NCBI GenBank assembly: GCA_965649765.1
Contig: OZ287754.1
Coordinates: 52,824,001 to 52,888,000, forward strand
Origin: Bispira polyomma
Lineage: Eukaryota
Reading direction: 5' to 3'
Length of the DNA: 64,000 nt
In this document: piece by piece, positions 48,758 to 62,556 of the stretch
Numbering within the stretch: position 1 is the stretch's first letter
Layout: each line of letters starts with the position of its first letter
Notes under the pieces: generated by a model
What the model was told of the DNA's origin: nothing
Databases searched by the model: none
Seen by the model: only the letters and a program-made list of their open reading frames with translations
Made by a program: the position numbers and the translations under genes

Positions 48758-49190
48758 CAGTGGCCGTATTCACAAAGGGACTTTTGTGCTAGATTAAAGC
48801 CTAATGGCCCATTCACATTGCAATGAATCCGTATATACGGAATCGTTGGTAGGTATAAATGAACAGAAGCATTCACACTGCAACGAATCAGGATAATGAT
48901 CTAGAAATTTGGTAGGGATCAAATGTTGCACGAATCTTTTTTCTAATTTCCACACGAATTGTTGAGGCAGATAAACAAAAGCATGTGGAAATAAACAACA
49001 CCATCTGAAACATAAGTGAAAAGTGACGCATGTGCGCACAATTCTGCCGAATTTTTCATCTGTGTATGTACTGCAAGTGCATAAAATTCGGTTTTGTGTA
49101 TATTGCTGAATTCTTTGAGAAATACGGATTCGTTGCAATGTGAATGGGCCATAAGACCTGGCTAAGTCCTTTCGTGAATACTGGCCCATG
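48758..49190. mobile_element. MITE containing a nested MITE
   Basis: TIR CAGTGGCCGTATTCACAAAGGGACTT / AAGTCCTTTCGTGAATACTGGCCCATG. Confidence 0.7.
48805..49151. mobile_element. PIF/Harbinger (Tourist-like) MITE
   Basis: ~30-bp TIR TGGCCCATTCACATTGCAATGAATCCGTAT. TAA TSD at 48802-48804 and 49152-49154. Confidence 0.85.
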
Positions 49191-49787
49191 TAAACACTGT
49201 CCCTTGGACACACATTTATAGAGGTTTAGATTTCCTAACCATATGCACAACAGGAATGCCCTGTTAATGTTATTTTAATACACACACTGCCTGACACATT
49301 GATTACCCAGAGAGGAGATAAGGAAGTCTAAATCCAAGCTCAAAATAGCTGTTTTGGGCACTTGTATGTAGCAGCGAATAATATCTTTTAGGGGATTTCT
49401 CCAAAAAAATTCTTGCAAATGAAATTAATTCTCATTTTATTTTTTTCTAATGACATTTATCGACAATTTTATATTATAACCCATATGCAAGTAAATGAAG
49501 GTGAACTCTGAAAAGTCAACTTACCTTATATTTTGAAGTTCCTATATATGTGTTCTGGTAGAGCTAGTCTTGATTCATGCAAAGCCCTCCTGGAAAAAGA
49601 AAGGGCCAAAAACATAACAGTTTTAATTTCTCTCGGTTTTGAACTACTTTTTAATCTGTAACCAATTGAAAAGAATTTGAAATAATGATCCAAACCTGTA
49701 AGTGTTCTGTACAATTATAATTTGTTTGATTTAATTTCAATTAATTGTATACTATGTAAATTGTACGAAAAATTGTATAAAGTAATA

Positions 49788-49962
49788 CAGTGGAACCAGG
49801 TTAAGTCAAATCTGAAGGGGCCATCACATTTGTTTTACTTAACAGAAATTCTACTTAACAGGCTAAATTTTAATTGGAAATATAGCAATTGAATCTTATA
49901 ATACCTTCTACTTAACAGGTAATTCCATTTATCAGAGTTCTACTTAAATAGGTTTGACTTAT
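49788..49962. mobile_element. Tc1/pogo-type MITE, same family as 2959-3126
   Basis: Reverse-complement similarity along its length (AAATATAGCAATTG, TTAACAGGTAA, TTATCAGAGTTC). Confidence 0.7.
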
Positions 49963-52900
49963 ATTTTGTATATATGGTTGTGTAGCTGCACGCTGGCTGT
50001 CTATAGTAGCTAATATATTATAGTTACTGTTTTATATATATGTCCTGAAGTCTGTACTTCCGGGTGCTCTCTATGAAAATAGCCAACCTAATTTGCATAA
50101 AATTCTTTCAATGTCACTCACACACACGTGGCCTGTCATTTCGTTGACGATAATGTCACTTGTTTACAAACAGGAAAAGTGAGCGATAAACGAATAGTTT
50201 ACCCTAAAATTATGCCTTTTTACAAGAAATAACTTTAGAAAAACTTGATAAAAAACAAATATTACCATAATATATCTTCAGCTCTGGTTCATTAATATAT
50301 CAAATTTTACAATTTCATTAATGCTTCATTTTGAAAGTAGGACTTTTACAGCTAACCCTGTTGATAATGCCTCGCAAGGCAGTATGGAGTTATAACTGAG
50401 AAATGCCATTCGATATATTAATTTCCATAACATCCACCCGCCATTTTGCTGGTTTGTTTACTCGCAATTGAAAACGAGGTTCAAGATCCCAGCGAATTAA
50501 GTTTTTGTTGTATTTGGGTTAGTTGGGGTGTTCGCTGCTGTGAGAGGTATTCACTGAGAAACTATAAGTTTTCTAATTTCATTTATTTTATTAATGTACT
50601 GACAGTTTTGAACATTCGCCAAACATTTACCATAGCTTATAACACATTACAAAACTCATCACTGTTTAACTCACAAACTCTTTACTCTGAACTAAAACTG
50701 TATATCAACTGTAGACTGATCTTTTCACTGATCTAAAACTGTATGTAAAACTATAGATTCCAGACTGAAATTCAAGCCACATGTCGGGCCTTTTTATACA
50801 CAATATAACTTTACTTTAACATTTACAATCACAGTAAGTCCTATTACTGTCCACCAATGAAATTACATAGACTCTTGTTCACAGTGAGTCTGCCAATGAG
50901 AAACCAGAACTTATCCCAAGTGATATGTAAATATATTTAACTAGACATTCATTAAGTTACAGTGACATCTGTGAAAACAAGGAAATCCTAAAGGAATACT
51001 GATAAAATAGAATAAAGGTAAATTTCCTATTTGTTGCCATTCTTTGACAAGTCTCAGTAATGTACCTTTTATAAACATTAACATTTAATCCTACAAGCAA
51101 GTGAGATCTATACTTTCAATTTGCTGGCACTTTCATCACATACACAAATACACAATTTCACAGTTACAGATTAAGGAAACACAACTGACCATTGATCTTG
51201 ATTTAGGAGAGAATAATTGTTTACCTAGAGGTCAGTGTGTCAAGGGATTATAAACACAAGTGTTGTTATATGGAACTAAGGTATGATTTCACTGGCATCT
51301 CATTTGTTTTGTAAGATCTTAGGGCTGACTAAATACTAAACCTACAATGTAAACTAAAAATCCTTAATACAATATGTATGTGTGATCTAGTCACACCACT
51401 AAAAACATGTTACAAAACACTGAAGGGACTAATTCCCATAAGATAAAGATTAGTCATTACATTCTATGTATACAAGTTAAAAGTAAGAACCTAGTATATA
51501 CTTCATCAATAATAACCTGAATATAAAATGACATTGTATCATATTAATTATTATAATATAGAGAGAAATGTAAAGATACAAGTGTCTAATTACTACTAAT
51601 ACCCAATTACAGGAATTCATATGAAATACAATAACTGCATTACTTAAAGATATTAATATAATGGTATGTTACATCATAAAATATTGTGTAATAATGAGAA
51701 TATATAAAAAATAATGTACACTGTCAATTTGTCTATTTATATGAAAATGTCCATTTACAACATTTTCACAGATAGGGTTGTGGACAAGTGTAACTATACA
51801 TTATAAATAAAACCAGATACTTATGTACTTTAGACCTTATGAGTAAAATATATACAAAAACGATTCCAAAAACAATCAGCCATGGACTTAAAACAAACAA
51901 GGCCTGTGCGTATAACAATATTTTTGTACACACGGATCCGCCTGTATAAAATTGCCGAAAATTATATTTACACTTAACCAACTAATTTTCTTGTAAATAC
52001 AGAATTTGCATCGACAACTTGTTAGATTACTTGTTAAATGGATAAACTGTATAGCTATACATACTCTTGGGGAGTAGATTCAGAAAATATATGACTTTAA
52101 GTAATTAGTCTTTTTAGGAGGGAGAAATTGCCAAAAAAATTATCTACATACACATGTTTTACACATTTACAATGTACAAAGTACTGATGGCTTTGAGAAT
52201 AAAAGATATCCTCAGATAAAATGGTAAAAACTTACCACTACAAATATGTACTGTAATCCTGGTTCCCGCCAAACAAAATGTGCATACAAAATAACCCATT
52301 GCTAGACATTACATCCCAAGTCTGACCATCTCTGGGCAGGGGTAAGATTTCCCTTATCTCCCTCCTAAGTATTAAACCTGGCAGTTAGTGGTTTTAAACA
52401 TACACTCACTCTCCTGTGGTGCATCTGCTGATAAAGTCAAAACATGTGTATATTCCTTCAAGTCCAGTCTTACACATGCAGTATAGTACACAAGTTTGAT
52501 CAAACAAGAAATGTCTTTAAAAAAGACTGGTAAATTGCTTTACCAGAATCAAAGAAAAAATATTGTTTTCTTGTGTAAAAGGAAGTGGATGAAAATTAAA
52601 TGTTAACACAGCTGTTCTTGGCCAGGTCAAGTGGGATGGGGGGGAAGGTGGGGATGGGGTGGTGGCGGGTGGAGAAGTCCTCATCATAGAATCAGAAGAG
52701 TGGAGGGGATTGGAATGTCCATATTCATAATATTTCATGATGTATAGTTTTGTATATTTTACTTTTTACTTGACAAAGGTCATAGGTCATGGACCAGACT
52801 TCAATACCAATGCCAACTAAGACAATTGGAACAGAGCTCGGCTGGTGGTAAACATAAACCCTGATCAGCGCAATTATGGGTTTGATCTGTATAACTGACA

Positions 52901-55900
52901 ATGATTTGTGTTTAAGCACTTTACCCGCAGAAATTAGTTTGTATTACACCCCTTTTACACTGGTGGGTTAAAATGCCAACAAATTGATCTATATCCGTTT
53001 CCAGGTTAATCACCTTTTCCATTATAGTAGGTCGACATCTTCGGCAGTTTACAAAAATACCATAGGTCCTGGGTTCTAACCTTGGCCATTCTGGGCTATG
53101 TCGGTTTCAATCATTTGGGAAGCTTTCAAAACATGGCATCAACAGCAGTACCTTAATTTTGTATTAAATGCCCCCATGAAAAGCATGAGACTTCAAAATG
53201 ATTTTATGTTCATAAAAAGAGAGTCAGAGAGTGGTGTCGAGATTATGATAGCCCTGGACATTTAAAAATCGATTTTGACATTGAAGTGCTGTTAATTATT
53301 GTTAAGAGTAATTAAGAATAATGTTTATAAGCATGAACATTGTCTTCTATCTACACATAAAGCATTCAGACATTTTAGGAACACTTTAATCGTGTTATGG
53401 ATATTGACTTGATTTTTTGACATTTGTTATGTTACCTAGAAATAAAATTTTAGTTCAAGTAAAAAATTTTCTTCTCAGTATTTTTCCAACAGTCAACAGG
53501 TAAAGACCAGTGTAAATTAAATATGGCGGCTTCCACAGTAAGGTGAGATATTGGTAAATATGTTAAATACTTTGTTTTTAGCAGAAAACTTGGAATATTT
53601 ATACATTCAACAAAGGTTACATACCGAGATATGTGTATTCCTTGGTTGTACAGTGTTATTTCATTAAAAAACTCGTAATTTGATCACAATTCATGACACC
53701 CCTGATATTTCTCTTATGATCGTCCCCCCCTTTAGCAAAAATGCATCGCCCTGGGGGCGTTAAATACAGAAATTATGGTATATCTGATACCCATTCTCAC
53801 TTGTCCAACGTAAGAACTTGGGCATTACATCACAATTAAACCGGCAATTATGACTAAACAATAATTTCACAATTTGTCAATACTTTTGTATTACTAATTG
53901 TATTTAAAGCTTTAATGTTTCCAATTCATTTCAATAACTATAAGTTATCAAATCAAATGCTAGTCATCATTGCTTGTTCCATCTTGGACTGAGGATGTTT
54001 AAGAAAATCCTATGCTATTTGGACATTTGGAGTCGCAGATGCATTATTGAGGATATAGCTGCGTCAACTTGAAGCTAGTACCAGTTTTTATATTACATTG
54101 AACATTTCAGAAATTCAATGCTTTTGTAAGAACGAATATTTCATTTCTATGTGTAAAATAAATCTATCATGACATATAGTTTTTATTGTCTAAATTGAAA
54201 ACAGGTAATAAAGTTATTTTAGAGTGACTCTTCTAAAAAAAATTTTAAATCATTGTTTTGTATCAAAAAGTACACCTTTTGCAAATATGTGCAGTTTATA
54301 AACCCTCAACATCTACCAGTACACCCTTTGCAAATATGTGCAGTTTACATACCCTCAACATATACCACAAGCAAGCCAAGGATGTGCAAGATAAACACAC
54401 CTAGATATTATTATCTGTAGGTAGTGGTAGATCATGTGTCACACCCAGCAGGAGTTTAATTCCACTGAGATAAGGCCAGAGTTGAGGATTCCTTTAACTG
54501 GACAGTAAAGTGTTACAGTGAACCAGGAAAAATAAGGTCGTACACAAATTTGTTGAAATCTCCACAAGACAACAGAAACAAATTTAAATTATATATTGCA
54601 AATCATTAATCCATATGAAGCAATATTACATGCATTTTAATGGCTTCCATTTTTGCAGTAAAGCTCTATATACCTACTTTGTTGGTTCACAAGTTTATGA
54701 AGTATATTGATTTTTCTCATATATGATATAAGTTAATTGAGGGACCTGTTTGTTTATACTCAAAACAAACTCAGTTGTGGTTAATTGGTCTGAATTAGTT
54801 GCATGTCAACTTATTAATGCATTTTGACATCTAATAAAATCAGGATGTGAAATAAAAATTTATTTGTGTATTGATTGTCCAAGTTGGTAGTTATCAGCTC
54901 ATGCCCAGAGATTTAAAGTGTAGAATCTTGACCAACTAGAATGCAGTGTTTTGCTCCACTACTAAAAGTTCCCAATATGATATGACTATACAGTTTATTT
55001 AAATCAATGTTACACAACTATCGAACTATACTTTGTCATCTTATATCTAAAAGGCCCACAAAGAGGTCTTTAATATTAACTGGATCTGTGTTTGAAAAGC
55101 AAAATCAGTCAGAATCATATAATTTCCAGATTTTTTAGTCTGTCACATGGAGTCTTTTATTAATGTATGTTAATATTAGTAACTTTTGTCATTTAAATAT
55201 CAAGAAGATATAAAAACATTTCTGAAAGCTGGGAATCATGCAACTATTGTTAAAGCAATTATGTCTATCAAAGGGAATTTTGATATATCATATTTTGATT
55301 GTAAAATCATGCAGTGTCTAAAGGACATTCTTCATGACGTCTAAATAACAAGAAAAGAGGACTTTATTTCTACTTTCATGTATTTATACTATAATTTTTG
55401 TCATTTTGATGTCTAGAAGCCGTCTGAAAATGCCTGAATGATGGAAAAAAGTAGTTATGGCACCTTTGTTCATCCAAGGAAATATTTCATTCACTGATTA
55501 ATTGCAATTACAGTGTTTTGCATTCTATCAGGGCAGTAAAGACATCAGGGGAAGTACTGAGACAAAGACAATTGCTAAACTAATTAATGACAATTAACAG
55601 TAGGTGGTCAAATAGGTAAGACAAATAATAGACTGACAAACAATAGACACAATATAAATGTTATTATTTTAATTATTTCAATAATCCTTATGTGCTGTAT
55701 ACTTCAGTACTTTACCAATAAATACAATTCCAAACCTTTTGACACCTATGTACTACCCCTAATAAGAAAATATTACACTGATAATACACTAATAATACAT
55801 ATTAAGCTAGTAAAAAACATTGGATTTTAAAGTAGTGTAGGGTAAACAAAACAAAAACCTTTTTGGTGTGGTTAAGTTTAAATTTTACCCAAGTATACAT

Positions 55901-56459
55901 CATTTTAATTAATGCAGCTACTGTAATATTCCATGTATGATTTAATGCTTTCCACCATAAATGGAAAGTGCTTTGAAAATAAATAAAATAAATTTAATTT
56001 TAAGGTTGTTATCCATATTTTTACTGCATACATAAATGAAATAATTAAAATTAGCCTCAATGTAAAATTTTATCTTACCCTATTTTAATCTAGGCGAAAT
56101 CAAAATTTTAATTTGGTCTGGGCAGATTTTAAATAGAAGATACCGATAAATTTGTGAAAGATGGGAATCAATTATTGTTAAAGCAATTATGTCCATCAAA
56201 GGGGATTTCGATATTTACGTCATATTTTGTTTGTAAAACCAACGTTTAAAGAATGTTAAAAATCCTGATGTCTAAATTAAATGAAAAAGATTTCTACCTA
56301 ATAAATGTTTGTAAACGTTTCACAAATGAACAGAAGAAATGAAAATACTGAAATAATTTTATGTTTGCTAAATGTTAATTAAACATTACCAGTAATTGTC
56401 CATTCTTCTGTTTATTTGTGAAACGTTTAATAAACGTTTATAAAAACTATGAATTTACA

Positions 56460-56830
56460 CAATTACTTGACGTTAGTTTCTGGTCTGATTATTATTGTTC
56501 AACGTCGACAACCAAATATCAACCTGGTTTCTAAGTCAGTAGTAACACTATTATTTTACGTTGATTAATTGACGTTGGTTTCTGGTCTGGTTTTTATTGT
56601 TTAATGTTGACAACCAAATATCAACCTGGTTTCTAAGTCAGTGGTAATACTATGATTTCACGTTGATTAATTGACGTTGGTTTCTGGTCTGGTTTTTATT
56701 GTTCAACGTCGACAACCAAATATCAACCTGGTTTCTAAGTCAGTTGTAACACTATGATTTCATAGAAATTTATAGACATGGAATTAGGGTTGATATTGGG
56801 TTGTCAACGTTGTCAACCTAATATCAACCT
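56460..56830. repeat. Right subterminal ~99-bp tandem repeats (x3+) of the CMC element
   Basis: TTGACGTTGGTTTCTGGTCTG...CAACGTCGACAACCAAATATCAACCTGGTTTCTAAGTCAGT repeated. Confidence 0.9.
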
Positions 56831-57439
56831 CAATTCTAAGCTGAAATCAGGTTGTGTGCCCGCTGGGAACCTGCACTAGGTTCCTTACCATATATATTTA
56901 CATTTAAATTCTAACAAGTTTAAATATTTCACAAGTTTTACATATTAAAATTAATTCAAATGGAATTTGTTGCCTCAAATTAAGGTCGTCTTAAATAGTG
57001 CAGTGGTACCTTACATTCACAATTTACTGCTTAAAGTACATAAATAAAATATTAATATTTAAATTTACACTTACTTAATAAATATTATGTAACCATTTAA
57101 CCAGTAAGTGAATGACACAAAGGGCACGACACATGACACAGGATGTATGTGAGTGAATGATACAAGAGACACGACACATGACAAGGGACTTGAGTGAATG
57201 AAATGTTGACCATTGGCCTCTCCCAAATTTAAAGCCACTTACAAAGCCTACTGTGATGACCCAGTCATCGCGAGTACTAATTCTGGACTCGTGCTTACGA
57301 TATATCTCTTTTTAATGGAAGTTATGAAGCGAGAATTAGTTAATTGTTAGTATGTTAGGTATATACTAGTATTTTACTGCAAAATAAGGTTGTCATTCAC
57401 TAAATTCGCAGCATTTTTGTCTGTTTTATAACATTTTCT

Positions 57440-57560
57440 CGGAAGCGAGATCCGCCATCTTGTGATGACGTCATCACCTTTACTATGGACCTTTCCACGA
57501 ATCGGCTAAGCCCCGCCCACTTTTAAAACTCTGACAAACAAAGCATACAAAATGGCGGAA
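57440..57560. promoter_or_regulatory. Cluster of promoter motifs (YY1 x2, CRE palindrome, GC box)
   Basis: CCGCCATCTT, GTGATGACGTCATCAC, CCCCGCCCA and AAAATGGCGG in a CpG-retaining patch. Confidence 0.45.
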
Positions 57561-59940
57561 CCGACTCGTTTTTTAAACTGGTTAATCAACAGTGCTTTCT
57601 TAATGAAACAAGTAATAAATGATATGACAATAACAAACTATGCTGTGATAGGTATTTAAGCAAATTAATTGTACAAAAAGAAATGACAAGGTATAAAACT
57701 GCATATACTATTCAATTCATTTTTGCCAAAATCACCCCACTCATAGGACTGCAAATATCGATGTATGTGGCCATATTATACAATTATATAACAAAAATTG
57801 GCTGTGTGGGCTAAAATTGTAGGGTGGGAAATTTAATATTTGAGTCTAAATTCTGTTATTTTATTTCTAGTTGTTTATACACTGTTTTTGCTAAATATCA
57901 ATGTTAATTTGAGTGCGGAATTGGTAGAAAATCGGCAATTACAAGTGTGTATTTGCCGAAAATTATATCAAAATCTGCGGATTTTTGTGTCATAAAGTAT
58001 TATAAATTTATTTGTATCCCTTTCTAGCAATAAATGTGCTTAGTAAAAGTAATTTATAGCATTTTAAAGCAAAAAAATACAGTGTGACAGTAATCGATAG
58101 CAGTTTTTGCCAGATTTTTATAAATTTATTGGCAATTTACAGTCGGTTACTATATATATGTAACAGTATAGAAACCAGTAATTGAAAGGGTAGATAGCAG
58201 TATTCGCCAGATGTTTTTTAAAATTTAGTGGAGATTTATAGGCCCTACTATATATTCGTTGTCAGCAGTTTATCAAATTTGTTAAATCTTGACTGCAGTA
58301 AAAGTTAAATTTATTTAATTACTGTGTCAATAGAAGGGACGTACAGTTACTTCAATTCCGGTATAGTTGGCGGTTCATATTGAAAAGATAACTTTTTATA
58401 GATCACTGTATTATTATTAGTGTTAGTTTTATACAGTACTGTCGACAACAGTAAAAATAATATAAATTGTATAAATCATACTAACAGAACTTTATAGAAT
58501 TACAGAATTTGATAAATCACTGTGTCGATGATATTGACAGTAGGTTTTCCCCATATTTCTTAGTTATTTGAAGTGGTGGAACTTTGTATTATATATTACA
58601 GTGGCCTATTTCTCGGAATCAGTTAAGTGTAAAATTAAAACAACTAATACCCAGGGTGTTGTTTTATTTTATTTTATTCAGGGTTATTGAACATCAAGGC
58701 ACAATCTGACAAAGAAATAGATTGGTCGGTATTTCCTAATTGATGGAACCATGAGAATTCCTGAAGAAAAAGGCAGTTGCATCGTGGTGATACTGAAGAT
58801 CTGACGCTCGTGCACATTTCAAGTTGATTGACGAATGATTCATCAACATGGATCAAAACATTAAAGAGCCACCTATATAGCGTGAAAAATTGAAAGCTTT
58901 TGTAAATCTCTGAATAAAATATTAATTGTGTGAAATATATTTTATTTTTACTAGATAGCAGCTCCGTGATCCATGGGCATGAACCTGATTGGCAGTCATG
59001 TGCTTAAATCTCAGGCATAACATATTTGTGGAAAGTTTAAGTAGACTTTACAAATGCTGAAAGTTGAAACTTCATTGAATATGTCTCTATAGTTGTAATG
59101 ACAGAAAATGTGACAAAGATAATGTCATCTGGGTTAAAATTCCAGGGTAGATTACTATAATTATTACTTTGCTCTCAGGCCTTTGAACTCTGGGTTCAAT
59201 TCCCAGCAGAGTTTTATCAATGAACACTGGATGGTCAAGTTCAAACACAAAGAAAAAGTAAGTTGTAAGTAAGTAAATCCAAAAATAGTTGTTCAAAATG
59301 TTGTAAAACTCAAACAAAATTGAAATCAAGATGGTGACACAGATTTTATACAGCAGATTTATATACATATCAATTTCTTTGTGCATTGCCACAAAAAATA
59401 ACAATTTTGCAATGTCATTTAAAAAAATAGCTGAAAAACGCCAACTCTGTCAAAACATTTTTTGAAACAGTTTATAAGGAACTATATTGTACTCAGAATA
59501 GCTTTTAAGAGCAACATATATCTGTCATATAAATTGAAACTTTTGTTAAGTTATGATTAATTTGTTGGTCAAAAGAAAATACATTTGTAGTTTAAAACAG
59601 AATAGGGGCTTCGGTGGTGGTAATAAACTAGCAGTCAACTCATACAACTGCAGTCATGGTAAGTCGTAATTACAACATAGTAAGTCGTAATAACGACACA
59701 TACCATAAGTCGTAATTATGAATTTTTTTACTTTACTCATGTGACCCTTATATGCTTCGGTAAATTTATGAAACAGTTCTATGCAACTAATTTTGCAAAA
59801 GGATAAAAAATTTACATGGGCTGCTTAATCGCTTTCTACTAGCAAGGTGTCAAAATATGCATTGTATACTATAAGCAAATCATATGTTACAGTAATAAAA
59901 AATAACTTTTAATTTTAGAATCAAAGAATCAATTTTGCGA

Positions 59941-60514
59941 CATCTCGCCCTGTATTCCAAATTGCCTTGTAAATTTCAGGACAGCCTGCCCCAAGAAATA
60001 ACTTGCCGAATATATTTAAAAATGGATGGCAAGTAATACATGTATATAAGCTATTTGCAATATTTAATAAAATTAGTTTAAAATATATTTATCAATAGAA
60101 ATATATTCCAGATTTTTAAGTTAATTTAAAGAACAAAATATTTACTTTAACATCTTTGCTAAATTATGTGTATATGTGACTATTATTCTGACGATGTCGA
60201 TAAACTAACTGTATTTATTATCAATATGAGATTTACCTGTCTCTTGACCTTTTAATCGGCCAGAACCGCCAACACTTATTACCCCTTATAACTTGGTAGG
60301 AAGCAATTACTAGAACTTAACACCCCCCCCCCCCAAGTAGCAATTATTGAAACAAATATGTGTACATACTACATAATAGTACATATTAGCCTTAAGTTGC
60401 AAATGTTGATTAAATTAAGTCGGCAAAATAGGTTTTGTTTATTTAACCGACAATCTATTCACACAAATTAAAAAAAAACAGGGCAGGCTGTCCTTTCAAA
60501 TACAGGGAGAGATG
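59941..60514. mobile_element. Possible MITE / inverted repeat
   Basis: CATCTCGCCCTGTATT...AGGACAGCCTGCCC is inverted relative to GGGCAGGCTGTCCT..AATACAGGGAGAGATG. Confidence 0.5.
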
Positions 60515-62538
60515 GAATGCAGGGCAAGCTGTCTTGATACCAAAGAATCCCTCCAATCAAATGTACTCGATGAACCTATTGCCTTAAGGCACATCAAATA
60601 GATAAAGGATGTTTATTTTTATAAGGGTTGAAAGGGTTAATAATGTTGGCCTATCATATGTAGGAGCTCTGACATTTATAATTTTGGAGCTACATGGGAG
60701 AATTATACAACAGTACTAATAATATATTTCCCAAAGATTTTTCCACACAAAATTTCGTAACTATGGCCTATTTGATTGATACTTACCATGATACTTACCA
60801 GGAAAATGGTACAGTGCATCTATTGCATCCATTCATTTCAGTTGGATTATCCAAATTTTAAATAAACAGTGTCAAATTTAATGTATTTGAAGAAATGATT
60901 GCCTTAAGTCACAGCAAATAGATCTGGCATATATATATTTTCCAACCAGAGCTAAAAGCTTGACCAACGTTAACTTGACACTTTTTTATTTGGTCTCTTT
61001 TATTTGAATACTTAAATGTTATATTCTTAGATTGGGTATATAATCTGAATACTGTACATAAATAATTACCTACATAATGACATACAAATACAGTACTTTA
61101 AATATCCAGTAGTGCAGATACGAATATTACGGTCAATTTTCATGATATAACTGATCCATGTACCTAGGCAACATAGGTATCAAATAAAAGCTAATTTTGT
61201 GTAGAATTTAATAAAATACATATTTTTTTATTTTATCTATTTTTCATGAAAATATTATCAAAAAAAAATTGGCAACCCCCAAACCAGGAAGTAGATTTCA
61301 AATTTAAACAAACACCAAAAATATAAAACACATACTGTCACCTATAACAAACTATCACATTATATTTCACATAATGGATAGCAATTAAATATAACAAAAA
61401 CACAAATTATATATCCTTTAATAAGCTTTATTTTACAATTATATGTATTGATATTTCACGGCTTCCACTGTTTATTTGTCAGACAAAATGGCGGCCGTTT
61501 TGAACTGTCAAAAAGCCGCGATTTCATTGGCTGTTGCCTATGGTTTGATTGACAGCGTGGAAATGTCCATTAGGGCGGTGTGCTCCGAGCGGTGTTCGGG
61601 CCATTTCGGGAGCTGAGTGATGCATTGTGGGGGCTTTTTCTTCCGGAAACAGCCAATTCACATACTGAAGCTCGTCGTTTGGACTCTATATAAGACTCGG
61701 TGTAGTTATCATTCAGCGATGTTCTAGCTGGGGACAACGGAAGGTACATCCATTTCTCAGATTTATTCTTGTAATATTCTAATTTATTCCGGTTCGGTTC
61801 ATTCTTTTCGGATCCAAATCTCTTAATTTATGTCATTAATGTATTCAAATATAGTGTGTAACTTTTATCCAATTTTATTGAGGTTTTGCTATTTATTTGC
61901 TAATTATTGTCAGATTGGGGGTTTTACCTCCCTTTTTGTTGATCAACAAAACCTCATGTTTTTGACAGTTCTTACAACTTGTGGTATGTTTTAGTTGTGA
62001 GATATAGTAATTAATAATTACTTATATAGACACATGTAATTTGCTGCCTTGCATCGCCGGTCTAGGTGTTTATTATAATGTAACTTGAATATTTGTGAGG
62101 CGGTATGTTTTTGTCAGGCCTAGCTTGTTGAACTATATAGACTGTAATTAAATAGGCTGACATTAATTGTAGAATATATAGTGTTGTTCTTGGTATTTTG
62201 CCACTGCCACCTAGCTGTCTTAAATTTATATCAGTACACAGGACTGGTGCATTTATATTATTGTTTTTCCGGGTTATTGTACCGCATAATTATATGTACA
62301 CTTTTTGATTTAAAATATACATATTGAAGTTAATTTTGTTGTTCTTAATTTGTAATTCAAAGTCATCTGGTGAGCTTATTGATCCAGGCTTCAATAACCC
62401 CCAGCTTATTTGGTGACCTTGCCTATACAAAACTGTTATCTGGCGACCTGCCTACTTGAACACAACGCGAACTGATACTTTATTGAGACTTATATCTTAA
62501 TTTGGTCAGCTGGGCTAAACAGGGTCGTTACAGAATTT

Positions 62539-62556
62539 TGGTGCCGTGACCAGGAT
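62539..62556 (+). other. Primer-binding site complementary to the tRNA-His 3' end
   Basis: TGGTGCCGTGACCAGGAT vs expected TGGTGCCGTGACTCGGAT, 6 nt after the LTR end. Confidence 0.8.

Larger units (their letters stand above)
27987..56867. mobile_element. Probable ~28.9-kb non-autonomous CACTA/EnSpm (CMC) element with nested insertions
   Basis: Perfect 13-bp TIR CCCAGCGGGCACA (27987-27999) / TGTGCCCGCTGGG (56855-56867). AA on both flanks (2-bp TSD). Subterminal tandem arrays at both ends. Internal DUF4806-like exons. Confidence 0.7.
57252..62532 (+). mobile_element. Putative long 5' LTR of a Gypsy element (3' end firm, 5' start tentative)
   Basis: Ends GGGTCGTTACA just before the PBS. Best inverted-terminus match is TGTGATGACCC at 57252 (9/11). 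TATA-like CTATATAAG at ~61686. Confidence 0.45.
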
